In this document: positions 20,116 through 31,105 of the stretch, in pieces
Numbering within the stretch: position 1 is the first letter of the stretch
Layout of the letters: each line of letters starts with the position of its first letter
Source of the DNA: an uncultured Erysipelotrichaceae bacterium
Lineage (GTDB): Bacteria > Bacillota_I > Bacilli_A > RFN20 > CAG-288
DNA length: 64,000 nucleotides
NCBI GenBank assembly: GCA_902772915.1
Contig: CACYCE010000022.1
Span: 98,353-162,352, forward strand
Reading direction: 5' to 3'
Made by a program: the position numbers and the translations under genes
The notes under the pieces: model-generated
The model's input: only the letters and a program-made list of their open reading frames with translations
Told to the model about the DNA's origin: nothing
Databases searched by the model: none

Positions 20116-21260
20116 TAAAAGAAGTTCTCCTTCTAGGAGCAACTGGATCGATTGGAACTCAAACAATTTCTCTTTGTTGTGAACAAAGAGATTTTCATAT
20201 TGTCGGAGTGAGTCTTTCTTCTAGAACTGAAGTATTAGAAGAAAATTTAAAATATTTACCTTACCTAAGAGAAGTCGGTATAGTGGACATTAAAAAAGGT
20301 GAAGAATTCAAAAAGAAACACCCTCAATATAGAGTTCTTATTGGAGAAGATGTATCAGTTAGATTAGTCAAAGAATCTAATTATGATAAAGTAGTTAATT
20401 CCCTAGTAGGAGAAAGTGGATTTTTACCTTCTTTATATACTCTAAGAAGGAACAAAGATCTCTGTTTAGCTAATAAAGAATCTTTAGTTATCGGAGGCTT
20501 CTTATTAAAAGAAGAGCTTAAAAAGGGAAACGGTAGATTATTTGCTATCGACTCTGAACACGTAGCTTTAGCTAAATTACTTTCTAAAGTTAATAGAGAT
20601 GAAGTAGATAATATGATTATTACCGCTTCAGGAGGCTCTTTAAGAGATTATCCTAAAGAGGAATTATACAAAGTAACTGTTGAAGATGTTTTAAAACACC
20701 CGACCTGGAACATGGGGAAAAGAATTACTATCGATTCTGCGACTATGGTCAACAAAGGATTTGAATTTATTGAAGCGAGTTATTTATACGACTGGGATAT
20801 AGATAATATCAAAGTGTTAATAAATGATGAATCTATCGTTCACTCTGCTTTATTAATGAAAGATAATTCTTACTTTTTTGAAGTCGGACCTTCGGATATG
20901 AAAGTTCCTATTTCCTTCGCGTTAAATGAAGGAAGAAGAATTAAATCTTCATATAAAAATGTAGACTTCGATTGTAAGTGCTCCATTAATTTTAGAAAAT
21001 TCGATCCTGAGAAATATCCTCTTTTTTCTCTAGTCTTAAAGACTTTTAAAAAAGGCGGAACTAGCATGGCTTTTTTAAACGCCGTCGATGAAGAGGTAAT
21101 TAAATATTTCGTATCAAAAAAGATCTCGTATTTAGATATGATATCGATAATAAACGACCTTGTAGAAAACAAGATGATATATATTCCTTCACCTGATGAA
21201 GAGGATATTCTTAGAGTTGACTCTAAAGCTAGACAACTTGTTAAAGAATACATAAAATAG
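20112..21260 (+). CDS. dxr: 1-deoxy-D-xylulose 5-phosphate reductoisomerase (MEP pathway)
   Basis: N-terminal NADPH fold KEVLLLGATGSIGTQT and the Dxr blocks LANKESLV / DSEHVA. The likely start is ATG 20112 in an ATGA overlap with the cdsA stop. The ORF-track start at 20064 lies inside cdsA with no RBS. Confidence 0.88.
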   Translation: MIKEVLLLGATGSIGTQTISLCCEQRDFHIVGVSLSSRTEVLEENLKYLPYLREVGIVDIKKGEEFKKKHPQYRVLIGEDVSVRLVKESNYDKVVNSLVGESGFLPSLYTLRRNKDLCLANKESLVIGGFLLKEELKKGNGRLFAIDSEHVALAKLLSKVNRDEVDNMIITASGGSLRDYPKEELYKVTVEDVLKHPTWNMGKRITIDSATMVNKGFEFIEASYLYDWDIDNIKVLINDESIVHSALLMKDNSYFFEVGPSDMKVPISFALNEGRRIKSSYKNVDFDCKCSINFRKFDPEKYPLFSLVLKTFKKGGTSMAFLNAVDEEVIKYFVSKKISYLDMISIINDLVENKMIYIPSPDEEDILRVDSKARQLVKEYIK

Positions 21261-21268
21261 CAACAATT

Positions 21269-21292
21269 AAAGGGGCTAATCATAGCCCCTTT
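21269..21292 (+). terminator. strong hairpin (putative partial terminator / processing site) between dxr and rseP
   Basis: AAAGGGGCTA-atca-TAGCCCCTTT, a perfect 10-bp stem. The downstream T-run is weak (AAATTTAAT), so full termination is uncertain. Confidence 0.45.
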
Positions 21293-21402
21293 AAATTTAA
21301 TAATATTAAATATTAATAATAGCGAGAAAATTTTATAACTAAGGTTATAAATATAATCTCGTATGCTTTATAATATATTTGCGTTTTTAAAGGAAAAATA
21401 AA

Positions 21403-22785
21403 ATGAATCAATTTTGGTCTATTGTCTTAGATATATTAATCTTCTTACTTTCTTTAAGTGTTCTAATTATTTTGCATGAATTTGGACATTTACTTTCAGC
21501 GAAAGCTTTTAAGGTTTACTGTTACGAATACTCTATAGGTATGGGTCCTGCTCTATATAAGAAAAAACCCAATAGAGAAAAAGGACAAGAAACTATTTAT
21601 TCTATCCGTGCACTACCTATAGGTGGATACGTCTCTATGGCTGGAGAAGATATGGCTGAAGCTGAAGGAGCGGATACCTCTATTGAAGTTCCTAAAGAGA
21701 GAACTTTGGAAGGGAAACCTAGATGGCAAAGATTCATCATTATGGGTGCTGGTGTTACCATGAACTTCCTTTTAGGTTTCTTACTTTTAATTATTAATTA
21801 CACCGGTTTACCGCAAAATGTTTCTAATGTTGATGCTCCTATTGTTTCCGTGGCAGAAAAGATTACAATTGATGGAACTGAATCTACTACTGTAGCCTAT
21901 CAACACGGGTTAAGAAGCGGAGACACTATTTTAACTATCGATGAAATTTTTTATTTCTCTAACAATACTCAATATCACTACAACAATGGCCCTGTTAATA
22001 TTACTGCTTATTATTCAAGTAAAGAGCCTAGTGATTATAGAACTCTAAATACCACTATCAGCGGTGTCTTATCCGGTAGAGTATATAATTCCGCAAACGG
22101 TTTAGATTTTACTGAACACAACCCTATGAATCCTCAAGATTATCGTTCTTTAGTTATTACTTATAAACACGCTAATTCAGATGTTATAGAAACTATGACC
22201 ATTCCTAATATTGGTACTTATACTGCTAAAAGTGGAATTACTTCTTCTTTAAGTTGGGCTCCTATAGGAGTTTCAGCTGAATCTAAAGAAGTCAGATATT
22301 CTTTTGGAGAAGGTATGACTATCGCTTGTGAAAGATTTGGATATTACACGGGGGCTATATTTAGAGGCTTAGGCAATTTATTTACTCCTTCTGGTTGGTC
22401 TAATATATCAGGTATTGTCGGAGTCTTCAGATTATCATCTCAATACACTCAATTAGGTGCTCAAGCTTTCTTATCTTTCTGGGCGATGATTTCTATTAAT
22501 TTAGCTATTGTTAATCTCTTACCTATACCTGGATTAGACGGATGGCAATTACTTTTAACTTTAATTGAAGGTGGGGCGATTCGTTTTGCAAGAATTAAAT
22601 ATAGACTTAAACATAAAGGTATGTCTAAAGAAGAACTTAAAGAAGTTTATGCTAAACAAGGTGAATTAGATTTAAGAAAAGTCAGAGGTTATAAGAAATT
22701 TAAGCAGATTGCTTCAACTGTAGGTTTAATCTTGCTAGTGGCTTTGATGGTTGCTCTTATTGTCAAAGATATAATCATGAGGTAG
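21403..22785 (+). CDS. rseP: RIP zinc metalloprotease RseP (site-2 protease, M50)
   Basis: HEFGH in the first TM helix, a central PDZ-like region, C-terminal LDGG-like motif (PIPGLDGWQLL). Follows dxr as in B. subtilis. Confidence 0.88.
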   Translation: MNQFWSIVLDILIFLLSLSVLIILHEFGHLLSAKAFKVYCYEYSIGMGPALYKKKPNREKGQETIYSIRALPIGGYVSMAGEDMAEAEGADTSIEVPKERTLEGKPRWQRFIIMGAGVTMNFLLGFLLLIINYTGLPQNVSNVDAPIVSVAEKITIDGTESTTVAYQHGLRSGDTILTIDEIFYFSNNTQYHYNNGPVNITAYYSSKEPSDYRTLNTTISGVLSGRVYNSANGLDFTEHNPMNPQDYRSLVITYKHANSDVIETMTIPNIGTYTAKSGITSSLSWAPIGVSAESKEVRYSFGEGMTIACERFGYYTGAIFRGLGNLFTPSGWSNISGIVGVFRLSSQYTQLGAQAFLSFWAMISINLAIVNLLPIPGLDGWQLLLTLIEGGAIRFARIKYRLKHKGMSKEELKEVYAKQGELDLRKVRGYKKFKQIASTVGLILLVALMVALIVKDIIMR

Positions 22786-22789
22786 AAGT

Positions 22790-25700
22790 ATGGATAGCCG
22801 CGTAGAACAATTTCTAGATCAAATTGCTTATCCTAACGAGCTTCGTCAAGAGTTCAATGGAGCGTTTATTAAAGATATTCAACTTACTAACGCTCGCGCT
22901 TCTTTATTAGTGAAGATGAATTTACCTTCTGTCTTATCTTACAAAGCTTATAAAGAACTATATTCAATTTTAGAAGCTTTTAAAAAACAGGAAAGTGGAT
23001 TCTATATCGATATTACTTTTACTTATGCTTCTAAAGGGATAACTTACGAATCTCTAAAAGCTCTATTAGAAGATTATTTAGATGATAACCAATGTTATGA
23101 TCTAACTTCTTTTAGATTGGATTTAAACAATAAGAAATTAGTATTTGAATATTCTTGGTTGATGAACTCTGATGACATAAAAGCTAAGACCGATGCTTTA
23201 CAAGAATTCTTAGCTAAGATAAATACTCCTTTAGATATCGAATTAGGTTTAATAGGTCCTGAAGATATCTCTGATGTTCAAACTAACGAAGTTAATTCTA
23301 GATACGAAGAAGAAGCTATGTTCCAAGCTCAAGTTTCACATTTAGAAAAAATGGAAATTAAGCGTCAACAAGAAATAGATAAAACTTACATACCTTGCAA
23401 GATTAAAGACGCCGCTAACGGTAAATTAAAAAGAGTCGAAGTAACAGGTAAGATTTTCGATTTAGAAGTTAAAGAAGTTAAAAACAAAACTAAATTGTTA
23501 CTTATCATTTCTTATACTGATAACAGTTATTCTATTTCTTCAAATTTATTCGAATCTAAGAAATTCGATCGAGCCTTTTTAACCTCAATTAAAATAGATC
23601 AGAGAATTAAAATTAAGGGTCGCCCTGAATACGATGAATACGCTAAACAAGAGACTATAAGAATCGATGATTTAGAAATCTTACCTCCTGAACCTTTAAG
23701 GGAAGATACTTATTTAGGTCAAAAGAGAATCGAATTGCACCTTCATACTAAAATGTCAGTTATGGATGGTGTAGCTTCTTCTGAAGATTATTATAAAACA
23801 GCATCTAGATGGGGTTGGGAAGCTATTGGTGTAACTGATCATGGCGCAGTTTCCGCTTTCCCTCAATTCCAAGATTTACACAATAAATATAAAGATACTA
23901 GACCTTTATACGGCGTAGAGCTTTACATGTGCGATGATGTACTTCACACTATCGCTAACCCTTCACAAAAGAAATTGAAAGATATGACTTATGTCGTCTT
24001 CGATTTAGAAACTAGTGGTCTATCTTGTAGATACGATCGTATTATCGAATTCGGTGCGGTTAAATATGAAAACGGCCAGATTATCGATCGCGCAGATTTC
24101 TTTATTAATCCCGATCGTAAATTATCTCCTATTACGACAAATTTAACTCATATCACTCAAGAGCAAGTTGATTCAGGTTTACCTATTAAAGTCGCTTTAA
24201 AAAGAATTGTTGAATTTATTGGAGATAGTTGTTTAGTTGCGCATAATGGACAGTTCGATTTTGGCTTTGTCAACGAAGCTCTAAAGAATAATTCGATGCC
24301 TATATTAGATAATCCTCTAATTGATACTTTACCTTTATCTAGATACATGTATCCGGAAATTAAATCTCACTCCTTAGGAGGGTGTTGTCGAAGAGTCGGA
24401 GTTGAATATAACGAAGATGAAGCGCACAGAGCTATTTACGATGCGGAAGTTTTACTGTCTCTATGGGAAGTTATGGAGAATTCTTTAATCAATACTAATT
24501 CTTCTATTTCCCACCAAGATTTAGCATCTTTTAAATCTGATACTATCGTTCAATCTACTCCTCACCCTAATCACGTTTGTGTTTACGCTAAAAACAAGAA
24601 GGGCTTAAGAGATTTATTTTTCTTAGTTTCTGAATCTAACATCAAATATTTAAATAATGTTCCTAGAGTTCCTAAATCTCTATTAGATGAATATAGGCAA
24701 GACCTTATAATTGGTTCGGCCTGCTTCAATGGCGAAGTCTTTGAAACTGCCATGACTAAATCTAAACAGAAAGCCCAAGAGGTAATGCAATTCTACGACT
24801 ATATAGAAGTTCAACCTCCCTGTGAATATGATTATCTAGTTAACGATGGTCAACTTTCAAACATGGATGATGTTTATAAAATCTTAAAAGATATCATCTC
24901 TATGGCTAGAGAAATAGGGAAGAAAGTCGTAGCGACTTCCGATGCTCATTACATTGAAAAAGACGATAAAATCTATCGTGATGTTTTCGTTTTCGCTAAA
25001 GGCTTAAAAGGTTCAAGGCACCAACTTAACCCTTATAGAAGGGATAAGATGCCTTATTATGATAACCCAGACCAACATTTACGTACGACTCAAGAGATGT
25101 TAGATGAATTTAAATTTTTAGGAGATGAAAATTTAATTAAAGAGATAGTTATTGATAATACACACTGGGTCGCTGATCAAATATCTAACGATATCCATCC
25201 TATCCACTCAGATTTATCTTATCCTACCATTGATAATTGCGATAAATTATTACGCGACATGGTTTATTCTCACGCTAAAGAATTATATGGAGATCCTCTT
25301 CCTGCTATAGTTGAGGATAGATTAAATGCGGAGATGGAAGGTATTTCTTCTCACCACTATGAAGTTATTTATTGGATCGCTTCTAAATTAGTTATTCAAG
25401 CTAATGACAGAGGGTACATAGTCGGTTCTAGAGGTTCAGTTGGTTCTTCTTTAGTTGCGACTATGTCAGGTATTACTGAAGTTAATCCCCTTCCTCCTCA
25501 TTATCGTTGCCCTCGTTGTAAACATTTAGAGTGGGATGTTCCTCCTGAATATAAGAATGGTTTTGATCTACCTGATAAGAAGTGTCCTGTATGTGGAGAA
25601 GAGATGGTTCACGATGGTCAAGATATTCCTTTTGCGACATTCATAGGTTTTAAAGCTGATAAGACTCCTGATATTGATTTAAATTTCCCTCGTGATTATC

Positions 25701-27184
25701 AAGCTCAAGCTCATGAATCTACCAAGACTCTTTTATATAAAGAGTCGGGTAACCAAGTCTTTAAAGCTGGTACAATTCAATCGGTCGAAGAAAAGAACGC
25801 CTATGGTTACGCTAAAGGTTATTTTGAATATTTACAATCTCACCCTGAATTGCACACTCCTGTTGATATTCCCGAGGCGGAAATCAAAAGATTATCCAAG
25901 GGTTTAATCGGTACTAAGAGGACTACATCTCAACATCCTGGTGGAATTATTGTCATTCCTCGCGGGTATGAAGTTTACGATTTCACCCCTATTCAATATC
26001 CTGCGGATAAGATTGATTCTGATTGGCAGACTAGCCACTTTGATTACAATCAGATGCACGATACTATTTTGAAGTTGGATTTATTAGGTCATGTCGACCC
26101 TATGACATTAAAATTGATGGGTAAGTTATCAGGTCACACTGAAGACTTTTTAGATTTTATGAAGTCTATACCTTTTAACGATAAAGAAGTAATGTCTCTA
26201 TTTACTTCTGTTGAAGCTTTACATTTAAAAGAAAATTACTTCCAAGCTAAAATAGGTACATTAGCGTTACCAGAATTCGGCACAGATTATGTTCAAAATT
26301 TAATTTTCGAAACTAAGCCTAAGACATTTGCAGATTTACTACGTGTTCAAGGCTTGTCTCACGGTACTAACGTTTACGCTGGTAATCAACAAGACTTAAT
26401 TAAATCAGGACAAATCGATATTAATAACGTCATTGGTTGTAGAGATGATATCATGCTTCAACTTCATCAAAACTGGGGTATGGATTTAGAAGAATCTTTC
26501 AAGATTATGGAAATTGTCCGTCACGGAAGATTCTTAAAACCTAAACCTAAAGAAGGAAGCAGGGAAATGTATATAGCGGATATGAAGGCTTGTGGAGTGC
26601 CTCAATATTACATTGACGCTTGCGATAAGATTCAATATTTATTCCCTAAAGCTCACGCTGCAGCCTATACTATGATGGCTTTAAGAGTCGCATGGTTTAA
26701 AATTCACGATCCTCTTTCTTTCTATGCAGCCTATTTCACTTGCAGATGTGACCAGTTTGATATTAAAGTAATGTCCCAAGGTCCTCGAGCCATTGTTAAT
26801 AGAGTTGAATCTATTCAAAGATTGGCCGAGCAAGAACACAAGAAAATTTCCGCCACCGATGCAGATTTAATTCTCGTTTTGAAAGTTGCTTGTGAATTGT
26901 GGGATAGAGGTTATAAGATTGAAAATATCTCCATTGAAAAATCTCTAGCTAACCAATGGACAATTGATAGAAATAATAAATCAGTTATCCCTCCTTTCAC
27001 CTCTTTATCTGGTGTAGGTGAAAGCGCAGGTCAAACTGTAGTAGATGCGAGAAATGAACATCCCTTTACTTCTATAGATGATTTAAGAACTAGAACTAAA
27101 CTATCTCAACAGAAGATTGAAGAGCTTAAACAATTAGGGGCTTTAGGAGATTTACCAGATACTGATCAAATAACTTTGTTCTAA
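22790..27184 (+). CDS. polC: DNA polymerase III PolC-type (alpha subunit, Gram-positive type)
   Basis: 1464 aa. PHP domain (HLHTKMSVMDGV, TDHGAVSAF), DEDDh exonuclease motif (YVVFDLETSGL ... YDAEVL), Zn-finger (CPRCKH...CPVCGEE), polymerase core (PDIDLNF, HPGGIIVIP). Confidence 0.97.
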   Translation: MDSRVEQFLDQIAYPNELRQEFNGAFIKDIQLTNARASLLVKMNLPSVLSYKAYKELYSILEAFKKQESGFYIDITFTYASKGITYESLKALLEDYLDDNQCYDLTSFRLDLNNKKLVFEYSWLMNSDDIKAKTDALQEFLAKINTPLDIELGLIGPEDISDVQTNEVNSRYEEEAMFQAQVSHLEKMEIKRQQEIDKTYIPCKIKDAANGKLKRVEVTGKIFDLEVKEVKNKTKLLLIISYTDNSYSISSNLFESKKFDRAFLTSIKIDQRIKIKGRPEYDEYAKQETIRIDDLEILPPEPLREDTYLGQKRIELHLHTKMSVMDGVASSEDYYKTASRWGWEAIGVTDHGAVSAFPQFQDLHNKYKDTRPLYGVELYMCDDVLHTIANPSQKKLKDMTYVVFDLETSGLSCRYDRIIEFGAVKYENGQIIDRADFFINPDRKLSPITTNLTHITQEQVDSGLPIKVALKRIVEFIGDSCLVAHNGQFDFGFVNEALKNNSMPILDNPLIDTLPLSRYMYPEIKSHSLGGCCRRVGVEYNEDEAHRAIYDAEVLLSLWEVMENSLINTNSSISHQDLASFKSDTIVQSTPHPNHVCVYAKNKKGLRDLFFLVSESNIKYLNNVPRVPKSLLDEYRQDLIIGSACFNGEVFETAMTKSKQKAQEVMQFYDYIEVQPPCEYDYLVNDGQLSNMDDVYKILKDIISMAREIGKKVVATSDAHYIEKDDKIYRDVFVFAKGLKGSRHQLNPYRRDKMPYYDNPDQHLRTTQEMLDEFKFLGDENLIKEIVIDNTHWVADQISNDIHPIHSDLSYPTIDNCDKLLRDMVYSHAKELYGDPLPAIVEDRLNAEMEGISSHHYEVIYWIASKLVIQANDRGYIVGSRGSVGSSLVATMSGITEVNPLPPHYRCPRCKHLEWDVPPEYKNGFDLPDKKCPVCGEEMVHDGQDIPFATFIGFKADKTPDIDLNFPRDYQAQAHESTKTLLYKESGNQVFKAGTIQSVEEKNAYGYAKGYFEYLQSHPELHTPVDIPEAEIKRLSKGLIGTKRTTSQHPGGIIVIPRGYEVYDFTPIQYPADKIDSDWQTSHFDYNQMHDTILKLDLLGHVDPMTLKLMGKLSGHTEDFLDFMKSIPFNDKEVMSLFTSVEALHLKENYFQAKIGTLALPEFGTDYVQNLIFETKPKTFADLLRVQGLSHGTNVYAGNQQDLIKSGQIDINNVIGCRDDIMLQLHQNWGMDLEESFKIMEIVRHGRFLKPKPKEGSREMYIADMKACGVPQYYIDACDKIQYLFPKAHAAAYTMMALRVAWFKIHDPLSFYAAYFTCRCDQFDIKVMSQGPRAIVNRVESIQRLAEQEHKKISATDADLILVLKVACELWDRGYKIENISIEKSLANQWTIDRNNKSVIPPFTSLSGVGESAGQTVVDARNEHPFTSIDDLRTRTKLSQQKIEELKQLGALGDLPDTDQITLF

Positions 27185-27201
27185 TAGAAAGGAAAATAAT
27201 T

Positions 27202-28983
27202 ATGAACACTTGGGATTTAACTACTTTATTTAAAGACGAAGAACAATTCAATAAAGAACTTGAAGATGTTTCAAAAAATTTAGTACCTCAAATTTCTACT
27301 TTTAAAGGAAAATTAGGAGATGAAAAAGAACTGGGTAATTACTTTAAATTAGAAAGGGAATTGACAATAAGAATTTCTAAATTAGGTAATTATGCTTCTA
27401 TGAAATCTGATTTAGATAAAAGAGATATGAAAAACGCTTCTGCTTTAGCAAAAGTTGATAAGTTATATAACGATGTCAATGAAGCTGATTCTTTCTCCTC
27501 ACCTGAATTGATTGGTTTAGGTAAAGAATATTTCGCTAAATTCTTTGAAAAGAATCCTGAATTTAAAGATTTCGATTACATCATTGAAAAGATGTTTTTA
27601 AACCAGGCTCACGTTTTATCTTCTGATAAAGAAGAATTATTATCTTACTTTGGACCTATTTATGGTAAGGGAGGGGATTTATATTCAGCTTTATCAGTCG
27701 CGGATAACAAACCTAGAGAAGCGACATTAAAAAATGGTGAGAAAGTTAAAGTTACTCAAGGTAACTGGTTAAATTTAATTGCTCACTCTGAAGAAGCGGA
27801 AGATAGAAAGACTATCTTTGAAACTTTATATTCTTATTACGATGAACACAAGACAATCTACGGAGAAATTTATAACGATGTCGTTCAAACACAGTTAGCG
27901 AATATGAAAGCTAGAGGTTATAAATCTATTTTGGAGATGCACCTAGCTGGTAATAAGATTCCTACTGATGTCTTCTTTACTTTAGTTAAAGTTGCTAAAG
28001 AAAAAAGCGCACCTCTGAAGAAGTACATTAAATTGAGAGAGAAGTATTTACCTTTAGAAAAATATCACACTTATGAAAGAACTATGCAATTTACTTCTTC
28101 CTCTAAGAAATATTCTTATCAAGAAGCTAAAGAATTCTTCTTTGATTCTATTAAGAAATTTCCTTTAGATTTCCAAAATAAAGCTCACGAAGTATTAAAA
28201 GAAGGTTACGTTGATGTTTATGAACACGAAGGAAAGAGAAGTGGAGCCTATTCTACTAACTCTATCGGTTTACATCCTTTCATCTTACTTAACTTCCAAG
28301 GTACTTTAGATGATTGCTTCACTTTAGCTCATGAATCAGGTCACTCTATTCACACTTTATACGCCAATGAATATCAAGAACCTATGAAGGCTGATTACAC
28401 TATCTTCGTAGCGGAAATAGCTTCTACTTTCAATGAGCACAACTTATTGGATTACATGGTTAATAGAGATGATATTGATTTAGATCAAAAAATCATGTTA
28501 CTCCAAAAATCTATCGATGAAATCTGCTCAACATTTTACAGACAAACCGTCTTTGGAGATTACGAATATCAAATTGCTACAAAAGGCGAACAAGGTGAAC
28601 CTATCAATTACGAAGTTTGTAATAATGTCATCGTCGATTTATATAAGCAATATTACGGTATGGATATTACAGAAGAAAAATATAAATGCTATGCCTGGGC
28701 TTATATTCCTCATCTTTTCTACACGCCTTTCTACGTCTATCAATATTCCACTTCTTTTACCGCTAGTATGGAATTTTACAAGAGAGTTAAAGAAGGTGGA
28801 GAAAAGGAATTTGAAAAATATCTCTCTTTATTAAAGATGGGTGGATCAGATTTCCCTGTGGATGAAGTAAAGAAAGCGGGAGTAGATTTAACTGCAGAAG
28901 AGACTTATGAATCCGTTACTAATAGAATGGAAGAATTAGTTGATGAATTGGAAGTCTTATTAAAAGAAAAGTTCGGTAAATAA
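27202..28983 (+). CDS. pepF: oligoendopeptidase F (M3B)
   Basis: HESGH zinc motif with downstream E. Size 593 aa, consistent with PepF. Confidence 0.85.
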   Translation: MNTWDLTTLFKDEEQFNKELEDVSKNLVPQISTFKGKLGDEKELGNYFKLERELTIRISKLGNYASMKSDLDKRDMKNASALAKVDKLYNDVNEADSFSSPELIGLGKEYFAKFFEKNPEFKDFDYIIEKMFLNQAHVLSSDKEELLSYFGPIYGKGGDLYSALSVADNKPREATLKNGEKVKVTQGNWLNLIAHSEEAEDRKTIFETLYSYYDEHKTIYGEIYNDVVQTQLANMKARGYKSILEMHLAGNKIPTDVFFTLVKVAKEKSAPLKKYIKLREKYLPLEKYHTYERTMQFTSSSKKYSYQEAKEFFFDSIKKFPLDFQNKAHEVLKEGYVDVYEHEGKRSGAYSTNSIGLHPFILLNFQGTLDDCFTLAHESGHSIHTLYANEYQEPMKADYTIFVAEIASTFNEHNLLDYMVNRDDIDLDQKIMLLQKSIDEICSTFYRQTVFGDYEYQIATKGEQGEPINYEVCNNVIVDLYKQYYGMDITEEKYKCYAWAYIPHLFYTPFYVYQYSTSFTASMEFYKRVKEGGEKEFEKYLSLLKMGGSDFPVDEVKKAGVDLTAEETYESVTNRMEELVDELEVLLKEKFGK

Positions 28984-28985
28984 TA

Positions 28986-29017
28986 GAAAAAGCGACAATG
29001 TTTATTGTCGCTTTTTT
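28986..29017. terminator. bidirectional terminator between pepF and the convergent lipoprotein gene
   Basis: AAAAAGCGACAAT-gttt-ATTGTCGCTTTTT, a perfect 13-bp stem with A-run and T-run flanks. Confidence 0.7.
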
Positions 29018-30973
29018 CTATATTTCATAGAATCCGTTGTATTTATATAAGCTGTTGTCGTTATATTGACTTCTTTCAGATAAATATAATTTTAACATCT
29101 TGTTAGTTATAAGAGTGGTTTGATAATAAAGAGTGAAGTCTTGGTGCATTAAATCTATATCTTTTCTAAACTCAACATTTGTTAGATTACCCATATAATC
29201 TTGAGGAGAAGGAGCAAAAGGTACCAATTTTATATCTACGTACTTTTTACCATTTATTGTTAAGGATTCTTCTATTGATTTTTCAATTGAATCCAATCTT
29301 TGGTAAGTAGTATTGTAAATAAGGTTTTCTAGATAAATAGTAATTGGTGAAGAGAATAATTGATTTCCTAGATTTTCAACAGCTTTAAGCATGTGATTTT
29401 GTGCTAATTCAACATTGTACCAACCATCTTGATTTTCTCGAACATCAATTTCATCACCGACGAAATATTGAACTATATCTCCATAACTTGTACCTTTGTT
29501 GAATGTGTGATTATTGTAGGTTGTATCCTTATATAAATAAACTTGATTCGCTTTAGATAGGATATTGTAGAATTTATAATCAGTATTTGCTAAGGATTCT
29601 CTATTGATGGAGTGAAGTAGAGCTAACCTGAAATCTCTATCTAATATAGCTTTTTGATATTGTTGAGTCCCATCGTAAAGATTTAAACCTATAAAGCGTT
29701 TTAAAGAAGAGATATCGTCTTCATAGATGTATTTTTTATATTCTTCTGGAATAGAACTTAAGTACAAAGATTTGGAATTTTCATTTTTTCCATCTTTAAT
29801 GAATTTTGCTTTATATATGTAATTGTTGTTTATAGCGTCGAAGTTATATAGATTAATATTATTTTTACATTCTTCAATTTCTCGATAACATCTAGAGGTA
29901 TATTTATTTAGCAATCCATCAATGTGGGTATAAGGATTCTTAATGAAAGTCGCTACACCATGCTCATCAAAATTATTCAAATAGAAATAATCGTAATACC
30001 AACGCTCTTTATAGAAAGTAGGATTCTTTAAAATAGATTTTTTCGCATTTTCTGTCAACGTAGAAAAGTGCTCCCTATTTAAAGGGATAAAGTAATCGTA
30101 ATATTTGTAATAAGCCTCATCAACATCGATAGGGGATGAAAAAGTATATTGGACTTCATAATCACTTAAAGCCTTGACGTTAACTTCAGAATTATAATTG
30201 ATTCCAGAAAAATATTTATTTGCATATTCTTTTAAAAAGACGAAGTCATCAGCTTTAATATTAGCTTGCTTTTGACCCAAATAATCGACGTAATATAGAT
30301 CATCATACAATTGAAAAGTATACGTTTTTTTATCTTCGCTCACTCTATAAGATTTAGCTAAACCTGGTTCGAATTCGTTTCCAGAAACAAAAAGGGGGGA
30401 AGAAGGGAAACTAAAAATGTTATTCATATCGATATACATGCGATTTAAGTCGGTTCTAATAACACCTGGATTTTCATTTAAAGTGTAATTTTTAGATTTA
30501 AGATATTCTTTAACTATCGTAGGATTAAATTTAGATGTATCTCCTCCTGCTTCAATTTGCATTTTATTAATAGCATCAATATCGCTAGGATAGATGAATT
30601 CATTAGTATATATGTAGTTGATATTAGGGAATAATATATTATGAGAGGATGTAGAAAAGTTATCTATATATTTACGAAGATTGTAATATTTTTGGTCAAC
30701 CGCAAAATAAGGTAAGAAAGTACCACTTAACAATAATTCTCCTTCAGCTTTAGCAGTAGATATTATTTCTATATCGCGATCATTATAAGAAATATTATTA
30801 TAGGCATTTTCAAAATTTGAAAATACCTTATTATAAATTTCAATTTCTTTGTTTTTATCGTGTTGAGGTATAACTAAAGTTCCAGTGGAATTCAAACTTA
30901 AAACAGGCGTGTTTGTTTGACATGCGGTGAGAAGAAAGATCGATAAAATTACAAAATATTTTGAAATTCTCAT
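29018..30973 (-). CDS. orphan OppA-like substrate-binding lipoprotein (paralog of the oppA at 39693)
   Basis: Lipobox LTAC. Shares collinear blocks with the OppA at 39693 (AEGELLLSG / AEAELLASG; ANIKADDFVF / ADVVADDFVAGF; LTINGKKYVDIKLV / LTLNGRKYVEVNLV). No permease or ATPase genes adjacent. Confidence 0.6.
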   Translation of the reverse strand: MRISKYFVILSIFLLTACQTNTPVLSLNSTGTLVIPQHDKNKEIEIYNKVFSNFENAYNNISYNDRDIEIISTAKAEGELLLSGTFLPYFAVDQKYYNLRKYIDNFSTSSHNILFPNINYIYTNEFIYPSDIDAINKMQIEAGGDTSKFNPTIVKEYLKSKNYTLNENPGVIRTDLNRMYIDMNNIFSFPSSPLFVSGNEFEPGLAKSYRVSEDKKTYTFQLYDDLYYVDYLGQKQANIKADDFVFLKEYANKYFSGINYNSEVNVKALSDYEVQYTFSSPIDVDEAYYKYYDYFIPLNREHFSTLTENAKKSILKNPTFYKERWYYDYFYLNNFDEHGVATFIKNPYTHIDGLLNKYTSRCYREIEECKNNINLYNFDAINNNYIYKAKFIKDGKNENSKSLYLSSIPEEYKKYIYEDDISSLKRFIGLNLYDGTQQYQKAILDRDFRLALLHSINRESLANTDYKFYNILSKANQVYLYKDTTYNNHTFNKGTSYGDIVQYFVGDEIDVRENQDGWYNVELAQNHMLKAVENLGNQLFSSPITIYLENLIYNTTYQRLDSIEKSIEESLTINGKKYVDIKLVPFAPSPQDYMGNLTNVEFRKDIDLMHQDFTLYYQTTLITNKMLKLYLSERSQYNDNSLYKYNGFYEI

Positions 30974-31105
30974 TTTAAATTTCTCCGTTTTCTAAATCCA
31001 CTAGTAGATTATAGTTAGATTTATTTATTTTTTAACTTTTGTAATATTTGATGGATTAATTATCATATTATAAGTTCAATACTTAGGTTTTTCAAGGATG
31101 CCACT

